Source: an uncultured delta proteobacterium
Lineage (GTDB): Bacteria; Bdellovibrionota; FAC87; UBA2466
Direction: 5' to 3'
DNA: 64,000 bases
Assembly (NCBI GenBank): GCA_963778115.1
Contig: CAVZSV010000004.1
Location: forward strand, 2,496,001 to 2,560,000
Part shown: positions 18,390 to 27,458 of the stretch, piece after piece
How the letters are laid out: every line of letters starts with the position of its first letter
How positions within the stretch are numbered: the stretch's first letter is position 1
The notes under the pieces: model-generated
What the model was told of the DNA's origin: nothing
What the model saw: the letters and a program-made list of their open reading frames with translations, nothing else
The model's database searches: none
Made by a program: the position numbers and the translations under genes

Positions 18390-19370
18390 ATGACGCCAGA
18401 ACGGATCATCGTAACGGGAGCCGCGGGTTTTATTGGGAGTAATCTTACTAAGAGACTACTTGCCGAAGGGTATCAGGTTATTGCCATTGATGACTTGTCG
18501 GCTGGAACTTTGGAAAATATTCCTGTCGGCGCTGATTTTCGGAAGATAGATATTCGAAGTTCCGATTTTGAGAGGCACCTTGAAGGGGGGCACACGATCT
18601 TTCATATGGCGGCAAAAAACTGCCTTGCGGATTGCGCGGCTAATCCGACACTCACTGCTGATATCAATGTGGTGGGAACGGCGAACGTATTGCGAGCAGC
18701 CGTAAATCAAAGGGTAAAACATCTGATCTACTCCGACACCTCGGCGGAGTATGAGGGAGTTACCGACTTTCCTTCCAAGGTAGACAAGGTGCACCCCCTT
18801 TCAATTTATGCCTGTAGCAAACGCGGCGCCGCGCTGATGTGCGAAGCGTTTTCCCATCTTCACGGATTGCAAGTGAGTACGGTACGCTACTTCAATGTCT
18901 ACGGGCCCGCACAAGACTGGCGCCGAGTGATTCCACCGGTCATGAGTGCTTTTACGATTAAGCTTTTTTCCAAAGAGGCTCCTTTCATATACGGAACGGG
19001 AGAGAAGCGAAGAGATTTTATTCACGTCGACGATGTTAATGAGTTTCATCTCAAATTGGTCCGCGAAAAAGCGATTCGCGGAGGAACCTATAATCTGGGT
19101 TCGGGAAAAGACTATTCGATTTTACAAATTTTTGATCTCATCGAGAGCGGAATTAAAAGCGGAATCAAACCCATCTTCAAGCCGGAGTTACCCGCGGAAG
19201 CAGAGCGTACTCTCGCCGATATTTCCGAGACCGTGAAAACGGGATGGACTCCGAAAATTGAGATCGGTGAGGGGGTACGGAGTTTTATAGAATATACAAG
19301 GAAACGGCTCGAAGAGAAAAAGGTGCCCGTCGACTTTCAGGACCTTTTTGAAAAAGGGAAAAAGCAATAG
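18390..19370 (+). CDS. NAD-dependent epimerase/dehydratase
   Basis: VTGAAGFIGS, YACSK, RYFNVYGP, RDFIHVDD. Confidence 0.92.
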   Translation: MTPERIIVTGAAGFIGSNLTKRLLAEGYQVIAIDDLSAGTLENIPVGADFRKIDIRSSDFERHLEGGHTIFHMAAKNCLADCAANPTLTADINVVGTANVLRAAVNQRVKHLIYSDTSAEYEGVTDFPSKVDKVHPLSIYACSKRGAALMCEAFSHLHGLQVSTVRYFNVYGPAQDWRRVIPPVMSAFTIKLFSKEAPFIYGTGEKRRDFIHVDDVNEFHLKLVREKAIRGGTYNLGSGKDYSILQIFDLIESGIKSGIKPIFKPELPAEAERTLADISETVKTGWTPKIEIGEGVRSFIEYTRKRLEEKKVPVDFQDLFEKGKKQ

Positions 19371-19392
19371 GTCCCGAAAGTCGACGGGCACC
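19322..19392. repeat. 24-bp inverted repeat (REP-doublet/MITE-like) overlapping the epimerase 3' end
   Basis: GGTGCCCGTCGACTTTCAGGACCT (19322-19345) and AGGTCCCGAAAGTCGACGGGCACC (19369-19392): 1 mismatch, 23-nt spacer. Confidence 0.85.
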
Positions 19393-19765
19393 CTTTCCGC
19401 ACCCTTTCCTCCGACTAACTTATTTTCAAATTAGCTAACTTCCTCATCATTTTCAGCTCCTTACCTACTGAATTCCACAAGTGTCACTTCCCTCTACAGC
19501 ATTCAGCTAGGTATCGTCGTTATTTCAATGAGTTGAATAATAGCGCGATGGGGCTGAAAAAAACAGTAACGACTGTCCAAGAGCTATCCACTTGATGTCC
19601 ACAAAAGCAATTTGGCTTTGTCTTCACCTTACTTTGGAGACTTAGCCTCTGCGTTTTTACGAACCCGAATCTGGTTCGCTGATTGCAATCACTAATCAAT
19701 AGGAAAAACAAATTCTACTTGTTTGCGCGTTGCCCAAAGTGTGTTCGCAACCGCATGGAGCAGCT

Positions 19766-20464
19766 ATGAAGAAGCAAATTTTAGTTGGTTTGACGAGTAT
19801 TCTGCTGACGGTATTTACCGCCTGTGGAGGAAATTCCGATCAACCTCCACCTCCAGTAGCTTTAAATGGCGGACCGCAAAATCCCGCTGATATTCAGGCC
19901 CAACAAGCTTTGCAAAATTGGATTCAACAAGCCGTTCAGATCTGTAGCCAAGCGGCTTGTCAGTTCGCGCAGCAAAATCTTCCGAATCTTATTCCCGGTT
20001 ATGGTGGCGGGATGGCGGGTCCCGGTGGTCCTGGAATGCCAGGTGCCGAGCCCCCTCAAGCGATGGGTGCGATGCCGGTAGGATTTTCTCCTGGTGGTCC
20101 CGGAGGATTTCAACCACCCCCTGGAATCAATACGGCTCCTACCCCTTCGCAAGGAGCCTGTCAGAACGCGGTTCACCAAGTGACGGCGAATCTTTCCACG
20201 ATGGGTAACGGTACCTATCAACAGCGTCCTGACGTGCAGGCGTATATTCAACAAGCTTTTTTCCAACCCATCGGAACTCAGGTCGCTCAGTGCGTTCCTC
20301 CGATGTTTAGTAACCCGCAATTCATGCAAGGATTAATGCAGTTGGGAAGTGCGTTTTCTAGCACCATCGGATTAGGTGCTGGAGTTCCACCCGGTGCTTT
20401 ATCGCAAATTCAAAATGGGTTTCAAACCCAAATGGGATCGCTAGCGGGTGGTTTTCCTCACTAA
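19766..20464 (+). CDS. Low-complexity Q/G/P-rich lipoprotein
   Basis: GGAG RBS; MKKQ…FTAC lipobox; Gln/Gly/Pro-rich body. Confidence 0.7.
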   Translation: MKKQILVGLTSILLTVFTACGGNSDQPPPPVALNGGPQNPADIQAQQALQNWIQQAVQICSQAACQFAQQNLPNLIPGYGGGMAGPGGPGMPGAEPPQAMGAMPVGFSPGGPGGFQPPPGINTAPTPSQGACQNAVHQVTANLSTMGNGTYQQRPDVQAYIQQAFFQPIGTQVAQCVPPMFSNPQFMQGLMQLGSAFSSTIGLGAGVPPGALSQIQNGFQTQMGSLAGGFPH

Positions 20465-20469
20465 GCGTT

Positions 20470-21021
20470 TCACTTCCACTTAATATTGCAACCGACGCTA
20501 GGCTTTTGCTCTGAGTTGGGGAGCTTCCCCGCCAAGATAGCTTCAACCGCCAACGTAAGATCCTTTCCCGTGACTGCGATTCCGTTACCCGGCCGGCTAT
20601 CATCCATCTGTCCTCGATAGACCAACTTTTGATTGCTATCAAAGAGAAAAAAGTCCGGCGTACAGGCCGCTTGGTATTTTTTCGCGACCTCCTGCGTCTC
20701 GTCATAGAGATAGGGAAACGAATAGTGGTATTTTTCTTTTTCTATTTTCATCTTTTGAGGACTGTCTTCGGGATGGCTGTCAGCGTCATTGGAGTTGATG
20801 GCGATGACCGCTAGCTTTTTCTTGTCGTATTGCGCCGTTATTTTAGCAAGCTCTTCCCGGATGTGCTTCACGTACGGGCAGTGATTACAAATAAACATGA
20901 CAAGATAGCCCTGACTTCCTTCGAAATCGGAGAGGCTAACTCTGCGCCCCTCTGTGTCAGGAAGTGCGAAGTCGGGAGCTATGGTGCCGAGTGGCAACAT
21001 TGTCGATGGAGTTAGCGCCAT
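20470..21021 (-). CDS. Thioredoxin-family (AhpC/TSA, PRX-like) protein
   Basis: APDFALPD, FICNHCPYV, YLYDETQ, AACTPDFF, GCNIKWK. Confidence 0.92.
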   Translation of the reverse strand: MALTPSTMLPLGTIAPDFALPDTEGRRVSLSDFEGSQGYLVMFICNHCPYVKHIREELAKITAQYDKKKLAVIAINSNDADSHPEDSPQKMKIEKEKYHYSFPYLYDETQEVAKKYQAACTPDFFLFDSNQKLVYRGQMDDSRPGNGIAVTGKDLTLAVEAILAGKLPNSEQKPSVGCNIKWK

Positions 21022-21103
21022 GGATAAATCCTTTCGCGTTTGCGACCAAAGTCTTCTGTGTTAAAGTTTTCCAATCTTAATTTCCTAAATCGTCGCTAGT
21101 CAC

Positions 21104-21913
21104 ATGAAAAAATTTATTTATCTCCTCGCGGTGGTAATGCTATCGGGCTGCAACGTTTTCGAGCCCTTCGATACCAAGTCGACGACTAACGATCTGATGG
21201 AATTAGCGACTCAGTGTCTCGACAATGGCGATTTTGGCTGTGCCATCAACTACTACAATCAACTTCCCGCAGGGCTGCAAAGAGACCAGAATCTTTGTGT
21301 CGTCTATCTGGCAAAAGCAGGAATGACGATCGATACCCTAATCAATATCATCAACGCGGGTTCCAATTCCAATTCTCAGATGGTGTTAGGTCAGGTGGCT
21401 CAAGCGATGATGCCGTGGAGTTCAACTCAATCAAGTGATATCCAAAGTGCTGTCACGAGTTGCAATAACTTTTCGACAGATACCTCAGCCGACACCACTG
21501 CTGCACTCTTAGTGGCGATTTCCTATTTCACCGATTGTGCGGTAAGGATCGCGCGGACCGATCAATTTGTGGGAGGAACCCCCACGGCCGATGGGGGTAA
21601 TGCTTCCAATAATGACGATCACGATACCGTCTGCATGACTCCGGGACTACAAGCAGGCAAGGTCACGGCGGAGGGGGTGGGTTATGACGGTCTGAGTCCG
21701 CTTCAAACCGGAATGTGCCAGACCGATGTGGTCCAGTGTCAGAGCGATATTCAAAATGTTCTCACTAACAGCGATTTAAAGAACGCCTTAAACAACAATG
21801 GCCTTAGTTACATTGTAACCGCTTTCGAAAATGTACCCCCCTCGGTCCAAAATACGGGCATTGCACTCGATACCGCCAGATACGGAATTTCACAAACGGT
21901 GCCGGCTAACTAA
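21104..21913 (+). CDS. Cys-rich lipoprotein, hypothetical
   Basis: MKK…LSGC lipobox; TPR-like helix pair after it; stop overlaps next start (TAATG). Confidence 0.7.
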   Translation: MKKFIYLLAVVMLSGCNVFEPFDTKSTTNDLMELATQCLDNGDFGCAINYYNQLPAGLQRDQNLCVVYLAKAGMTIDTLINIINAGSNSNSQMVLGQVAQAMMPWSSTQSSDIQSAVTSCNNFSTDTSADTTAALLVAISYFTDCAVRIARTDQFVGGTPTADGGNASNNDDHDTVCMTPGLQAGKVTAEGVGYDGLSPLQTGMCQTDVVQCQSDIQNVLTNSDLKNALNNNGLSYIVTAFENVPPSVQNTGIALDTARYGISQTVPAN

Positions 21914-23379
21914 TGAAAAAACTCCTCATTTTTGTTGCCATCTTTTGTAGCACCGCACTTGCCATTGACGAGTTCTATTCGACGATGAGAAGCGTTCGGG
22001 CGATGGGCATGGGCGGCGCCTTTTACGGCCTTTCCGATGACGAAAGTGCTCTGTTTTATAATCCCGCGGGCTTGGCCAATTATCGAGGTGAGCCTAAGAT
22101 GATGTTAAGTTTCGGGGCTGATCTCTCAAGTTCGGCGATCTCCAATGCCAGCACCCTCTGGAATATCGTAAAGGGAAATATCAACGAAACCCAGGTTCTC
22201 GATTCGCTGGGGACGCTCCCTGGAGATCCCGTCTATGTCGAAGCCAGAGCCATGCCGTTTTTCTACCTGTCCAAGGATTTTGCCGTAGGCTTTGTCCTTG
22301 CCGATCCCAAAGCCGAGTTGACATTGCTCGGAGCTCAATTGGATAGCAGCGTCGATCTCACCTTATTATCGGATTCAGGGATATTCGTAGGGTACGCAAA
22401 ATCCTTCATGGACGACGCCCTTAAAGTAGGAATTACTGGCAAAGGCATTTTGCGTATTGGGGGGACCAAACAATATTCTATTTTAGAATTGGCTCAGCAG
22501 AGTACCTTTTCGTTTAATCCTGAAAACATGGGTGGTGCTGGATTTGGAATCGACTTTGATGTGGGAGCAATTTATGACGTTCCCAACCTTCCTTTTGGCC
22601 TCTTAAATCAGGTTTCGCTTACTTTTAATAATGTGATGGCGAGTACTCTGAGTATGTTCACCTTATCTGGGTACTTACCGCCTCCGGGCCTAGAAAGAAC
22701 GGTGTCCCTTGGTTTCCATTCGGTATTTGCGGGTGTGGGAATTATCGATAACTTCCATGTGCTGTTAGATTTCTCTCAGTTTGCTATCGGGGGACTTGAA
22801 GATCCCAATTTGGGAGCACGCTATGGCAGCTTCTTTAAGCACGTCGATTTGGGACTTGAAGTCCCTATCCGACAATTTTTCGTGTTGAGAACCGGATTAT
22901 ACCAAGGAGCTCCTACGTTTGGATTTGGATTTAGGACTCCCTATTTCGACGCCGATTTCGCTACCTATTCCGAACAGGATTTTTTGGGCTTGGATCGACT
23001 CACCAGCCAGCGTTATGCGCTTCAAATATCGTTCGGACTTGGGGCAGCACCCCCGCCTCCTGTCTCCGCGAGACATGCCTCGCCGTCAGGCTCAGGAACG
23101 GGAACTACTCAAAAAACGCCTTCACCAAAGGGCGTGGATCAGGCTCCTGCACCTCTAATGAACGACATCGAAATTCGCTTGGAGCAGCCGGAAATCAAAG
23201 AGGGGCCGGCTCCGGTGCAACATTTGGATCCTGCCCCCCCACCACCACCGTTTTCTTCCCCCCGTCCGGGGGGGCCTCCTCCGCAGGCCTCGGGAAAGCA
23301 AACTCCCAAGTTGACGACGCCACCCCCACCGGACAATGATCGTTTCGAAGTGGATAAGCTTTTGAAAGAAGAACCATAG
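21913..23379 (+). CDS. Outer-membrane beta-barrel (TraF/PorV/FadL-like) with Pro-rich C-terminal tail
   Basis: Signal peptide; RAMGMGGAF…ALFYNPAGLA N-terminal motif; amphipathic strands (GFGIDFDVG); ~110-aa Pro-rich tail. Confidence 0.75.
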   Translation: MKKLLIFVAIFCSTALAIDEFYSTMRSVRAMGMGGAFYGLSDDESALFYNPAGLANYRGEPKMMLSFGADLSSSAISNASTLWNIVKGNINETQVLDSLGTLPGDPVYVEARAMPFFYLSKDFAVGFVLADPKAELTLLGAQLDSSVDLTLLSDSGIFVGYAKSFMDDALKVGITGKGILRIGGTKQYSILELAQQSTFSFNPENMGGAGFGIDFDVGAIYDVPNLPFGLLNQVSLTFNNVMASTLSMFTLSGYLPPPGLERTVSLGFHSVFAGVGIIDNFHVLLDFSQFAIGGLEDPNLGARYGSFFKHVDLGLEVPIRQFFVLRTGLYQGAPTFGFGFRTPYFDADFATYSEQDFLGLDRLTSQRYALQISFGLGAAPPPPVSARHASPSGSGTGTTQKTPSPKGVDQAPAPLMNDIEIRLEQPEIKEGPAPVQHLDPAPPPPPFSSPRPGGPPPQASGKQTPKLTTPPPPDNDRFEVDKLLKEEP

Positions 23380-23382
23380 TGA

Positions 23383-24771
23383 TTGTTTGAGCAAGCAAGT
23401 GAGGCAACCTTGAGACGCATCTTTTCTAGTATCGTAGTTCTGTCTTACTTTTTTATCCCGGCACTCCATGCCGCCGATTACGAGAAGGTAAAAGAGAACA
23501 CATTATTCAACGGCGAAAAACTTTCCGAATATAAGCTTCCTAACGGCCTTCGGGTCTTATTGTTACCCAGGCATCAGGCGAAAGTCCTCACTTTCCAAAT
23601 CTGGTTCAATGTCGGCTCGCTCGATGAGAAGCTCGATCCCAAATTGAAAAAGACGGGCCTGGCTCATCTTTTTGAGCACATGATGTTTCGGGGAACGGAA
23701 AAGGTTCCGGATGGAAAGTTTGATGATTTGACCTCTCGGATGGGGGCCGCGGGGCAAAACGCCTCTACGTATTTCTATAGGACTAATTTTTTCGAAAGTA
23801 TTCCTTCAAGGCAGCTGGAGAAGCTCGTCGTGTTGGAGTCCGATCGGATGCAGAATTTAAAATTGGATCATGAGGGGTTCGAAAAGGAAAAAGGAGCGGT
23901 CGTAGGTGAACTCAGACGCCATTTGGATACGCCAGCAGGGATTGCAAACGATGCGCTCGTCGCCGAGGTCTATGAGGTCTCCCCTTTCCGATACAACATT
24001 CTTGGGACGGAAGAAGAGATTAAAGGTTTCAGTCTCGAAGAGGCACAGTACTTCTACAAGACCTTCTATGCACCCAATAACGCGACGATAGTGGTGGTAG
24101 GAGATACGACAGAGCCCGAGCTGATGAATCTAGTGGTTAAGTATTACGGTCCGATGAAATCACAAAAAATTCCGAAGGAAACGGTTCCCGTCGAGCCTCC
24201 TCAGAAGAAAGAACGCATTAAAGAGGTCCTGCACCCTCAAGCCACTTCAGAGATGTTGCTCATGGCGTATCGTAGTGCGCCTGTGGAGTCGCAGGACATG
24301 ATTCCCCTCTCGTTACTCTCGGCTCATCTGACTTCTGGAATGGAAAGCCGACTTAGAAAGATCTTGATCGACAAAGGAATAGCAGTCGGAGCCGCCGCTT
24401 TTACCATGAATCAGCCCGATCTCTTCGAATTCTACGTCCAGTTAGCGGAAAAGCATAAAGCCGAAGAAGCGATTAAAGTGATCGATGCGGAAATCGCTTC
24501 TCTACAAAGAAAACCCATTGGGCATGATGCTTTTACGCGCGCTTTAAACCAAGAGTTGCTTGGTCTTTATTCCTCCATGGGAAACAATTCAGAAATGGCC
24601 GGTTGGCTCGGCGACTATTTGACGGTCGGCAATGACTACATGCGAGGATTTGAAATTATCGAGGGATATAAGAAGCTCACCCCTGCCGATCTCACAAAAG
24701 TTTCAAAAAAATACTTGGTAAAGCACAACCGATCCATTGTGATCGTGCGGCCCCAAAAGAATGCTAAATGA
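23383..24771 (+). CDS. M16 family zinc peptidase (active subunit), secreted
   Basis: LPNGLRV, GLAHLFEHMMFRGT (HxxEH), LESDRM, FYAPNNA; N-terminal hydrophobic signal. Confidence 0.92.
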   Translation: MFEQASEATLRRIFSSIVVLSYFFIPALHAADYEKVKENTLFNGEKLSEYKLPNGLRVLLLPRHQAKVLTFQIWFNVGSLDEKLDPKLKKTGLAHLFEHMMFRGTEKVPDGKFDDLTSRMGAAGQNASTYFYRTNFFESIPSRQLEKLVVLESDRMQNLKLDHEGFEKEKGAVVGELRRHLDTPAGIANDALVAEVYEVSPFRYNILGTEEEIKGFSLEEAQYFYKTFYAPNNATIVVVGDTTEPELMNLVVKYYGPMKSQKIPKETVPVEPPQKKERIKEVLHPQATSEMLLMAYRSAPVESQDMIPLSLLSAHLTSGMESRLRKILIDKGIAVGAAAFTMNQPDLFEFYVQLAEKHKAEEAIKVIDAEIASLQRKPIGHDAFTRALNQELLGLYSSMGNNSEMAGWLGDYLTVGNDYMRGFEIIEGYKKLTPADLTKVSKKYLVKHNRSIVIVRPQKNAK

Positions 24772-24787
24772 CGAAGGGCAAATCATC

Positions 24788-26179
24788 ATGAAAAAAATAC
24801 TCATCTCGGTTATTGGATGTCTTATGCTCTCAGTGGCATTGCCCCTCTATGGAGCCATGGAGCCCAAGTTCCTGGTGGAAGAGGATCCGACACTTTTGAC
24901 GACAGTTGTGAATGTTGTCGTTCAAACCGGTGCTGCCGATGACGGCCCTACCAAGAGCGGCCTCACTAATATTCTAGCCGAGCTCATGTTGCGCGGGACG
25001 AAGAAGAAAGACCGCACCCATTTTCAAAGTGAAGTGGAGCGGTTGGGGGCTTCGCTTGATGTCAATGTGTCGCAAGATCTCATTATTTTCCAAGGCAACG
25101 TCATTCAAGAGAATACTCAAAAGTTCTTAAAACTTCTCGAAGATGCACTCTTACACCCAGCCTTTTCTGAAAAGGAGTTTAAAGCCCTAAAAACTGAGGT
25201 TCTCGCCGAAATTTCAAATAAGAAAAATCAGAACGGCCGTTTGGCGGGCCTTGCCATTCGCAGGACGATGTTTGCCAATACCGTCTTGGAACATCAAGTG
25301 GATGGCGGAACCTCGACGATTCCGGGTATCACTCTGGATGATATTCAGAAGGCTTATAATGACAGGTTTCATCAGGGCAATATCTTTTTTGCCATCTCCT
25401 CTCCAGTGAAGCCGGACGAAGTGAAAGGAACTTTGGCCTCGGTGTGGCGGCAGTTTCCGGATGGTCTTAAAGTGTCACGTCGTTCGATTCCTCCACAAGC
25501 TCCCACGAAACCGCTACTAATCGTCGTCGAGAAACGGAATACTTCGACGGGCTCCATTTTTCAGGCGCAGCCTGGAATTACCGCTCAAGACCCCGACCGC
25601 TATGCCCTAATGATGGGGAATGAGGCCTTTGGAGGAAATATCCAGATCTGTCGGCTTTTTAAAGTGATTCGCGAGGAGGCGGGTTGGACTTATGCTATTT
25701 CGTCGACTTACGGGGCGACAGGGGGACTGACTTCACAGCAAGGGCTTTTTGCGATCGTTTACACGCCGTCAATGGAGTTTACCGCTAAAGCCCTTCTAAA
25801 AACGTTGGATATGTGGAGAAACTATTATGAGTCGGGATTAAAAAAGGACGAGTTATTGGCTTCGTCCGAAAGTCTCATCAACTCCTATCCCTTCCAATTT
25901 GATACGGCGGGAGAACGTTTAGGTCAGAAAATCCACAGCTACCTGTATAACGTGCCTATCTTGACGCCCGAGGAGTATGAGAAAAAACTGAACTCCATCT
26001 CTAATAAAGATCTCTTAAAGGCCATTAAGGCCCGCCAAATGGAAAACGGCTGGACGATCGCTATTGTTGCCGATCCCAAACAGGTACAAAAACTCCTGGA
26101 TGCCGAGCAAAAGAATATTCCTGAGGCGGATAGGCTTAAGATCGCCAAGGTGATTACGCCGGAAGAAGTGATTCAGTAG
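24788..26179 (+). CDS. M16 family peptidase-like (non-catalytic partner), secreted
   Basis: GLTNILAELMLRGT (no HxxEH); RLFKVIREEAGWTY R-Y motif; signal peptide. Confidence 0.85.
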   Translation: MKKILISVIGCLMLSVALPLYGAMEPKFLVEEDPTLLTTVVNVVVQTGAADDGPTKSGLTNILAELMLRGTKKKDRTHFQSEVERLGASLDVNVSQDLIIFQGNVIQENTQKFLKLLEDALLHPAFSEKEFKALKTEVLAEISNKKNQNGRLAGLAIRRTMFANTVLEHQVDGGTSTIPGITLDDIQKAYNDRFHQGNIFFAISSPVKPDEVKGTLASVWRQFPDGLKVSRRSIPPQAPTKPLLIVVEKRNTSTGSIFQAQPGITAQDPDRYALMMGNEAFGGNIQICRLFKVIREEAGWTYAISSTYGATGGLTSQQGLFAIVYTPSMEFTAKALLKTLDMWRNYYESGLKKDELLASSESLINSYPFQFDTAGERLGQKIHSYLYNVPILTPEEYEKKLNSISNKDLLKAIKARQMENGWTIAIVADPKQVQKLLDAEQKNIPEADRLKIAKVITPEEVIQ

Positions 26180-26183
26180 AGAA

Positions 26184-26531
26184 CTATTGCGGGTATTTTC
26201 CGTCTCGCGATGACAAAAAGACTGTCATTGCGGCCTCGCAGATTGCCCAGGTATCGTTAGCATCGTTCTTGTCACCTCTTCGGTACGGTTTTACGTACTG
26301 AGGCGCAATCATCATTACTTCAATTCCCGCTTCCTGAAATTGCCGGCCCCAATAATGCGCTCCTCCACAGGCCTCGAAGGCTACTTTCTTGGGCCTGGTC
26401 TGCAAAACCAGCTCCAGCAGCTTTCTCCGTGAGACCTTCCGATCCACAAGACAACGGCCTGACTCATCCTCACCGCGCACCCAAAAAATGTTCTTTGCCA
26501 AATCGATACCCATTAAGCTAACACCCTTCAT
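26184..26531 (-). pseudogene. IS110 family transposase fragment (DEDD/RuvC-like domain only)
   Basis: GIDLAKN, FEACGGAHYWGR, IAPQYVKPY, KNDAND…AICEAA; C-terminal domain absent. Confidence 0.9.
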
Positions 26532-26614
26532 TGGATCCCCTTTCTTTCATTTGTTTGCAAACTACAAACTGACTCTTTGCGAGCCGTTTGGAAAGGGAGG
26601 GGTCCATACCATTG
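26233..26614 (-). mobile_element. Truncated IS110-family (IS1111-type) element: left end plus N-terminal transposase
   Basis: Minus-strand end AATGGTATGGACCCCTCC resembles IS1111-group left ends; ORF similarity stops after AICEAA. Confidence 0.8.
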
Positions 26615-26665
26615 AGGATCAAAGCCACGCGGCAATCTGTAGTTCGGTATGGCGAGGACCTGGAC

Positions 26666-27427
26666 CTAAAATACCTGCAGAAGCTCTTCTCGAAGTGCCG
26701 GCGTAAAGGACAGAAAACTACTGCTCTCAATCGTTCGCTTTCCTTCGAAATCGCAATAGTCTCCGCCCGCCTCTTGGATCAAGCAGGCTAAAGGGGCGAT
26801 ATCCCAAATATTGACGACAGGATCTATCATAGCGTCTACCGAGCCTCTCATAAGTAAAGAGTGGCCAAAACAGTCGGTGTATCCTCGACAAAGCTCGGTC
26901 TTCTCAATGAGAGATCGAAGCGCGTCACGTTGGCCAGCCGCCTCAAAACACGAGACGTCACCTACGGAAACTACTGCTTTATCCAAAGTCTTGATGGTCG
27001 AGACGTGAATCGGAGCTCCATTGCAGAAAGCACCCAGTCCTTTGGCCGCGAGATAGGATTCTTGAAGGGCTGGAAGAATCATAATCCCCACTACGGGTTC
27101 CCTATTTTTTAATAGCGCTAGTAGAGTGCCAAAGAGGGGAATGCCTCGCACGAAGCTAAGGGTTCCGTCGATAGGATCCACCGTCCATAAATATTCTGAT
27201 TCTTTGGAATCGTGACCAAACTCTTCGCCCAAAATTCCGTGCTCGGGAAAAGCTTGGCTCAATTCGTTACGAATCATCTCTTCTGTCTTTTTGTCCGCGA
27301 TGGTGACCGGAGTTCGGTTTTCTTTGAGTTCAATCAGTAACGCCTGACGAAAATAAGATAAGGCTATCTTAGAGGCCCTAGTGGCAATGTCATAGGCTTG
27401 ATCCAAGATTTCCGAGTATTCCGACAT
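26666..27427 (-). CDS. hisN: Histidinol-phosphatase / inositol monophosphatase family
   Basis: TPVTIADK, ILGEEFG, WTVDPIDGT.SFVRG.PLFGTL, WDIA. Confidence 0.85.
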   Translation of the reverse strand: MSEYSEILDQAYDIATRASKIALSYFRQALLIELKENRTPVTIADKKTEEMIRNELSQAFPEHGILGEEFGHDSKESEYLWTVDPIDGTLSFVRGIPLFGTLLALLKNREPVVGIMILPALQESYLAAKGLGAFCNGAPIHVSTIKTLDKAVVSVGDVSCFEAAGQRDALRSLIEKTELCRGYTDCFGHSLLMRGSVDAMIDPVVNIWDIAPLACLIQEAGGDYCDFEGKRTIESSSFLSFTPALREELLQVF

Positions 27428-27458
27428 GCACGTATTTTAGTCGGACGACTAGCGGAAT

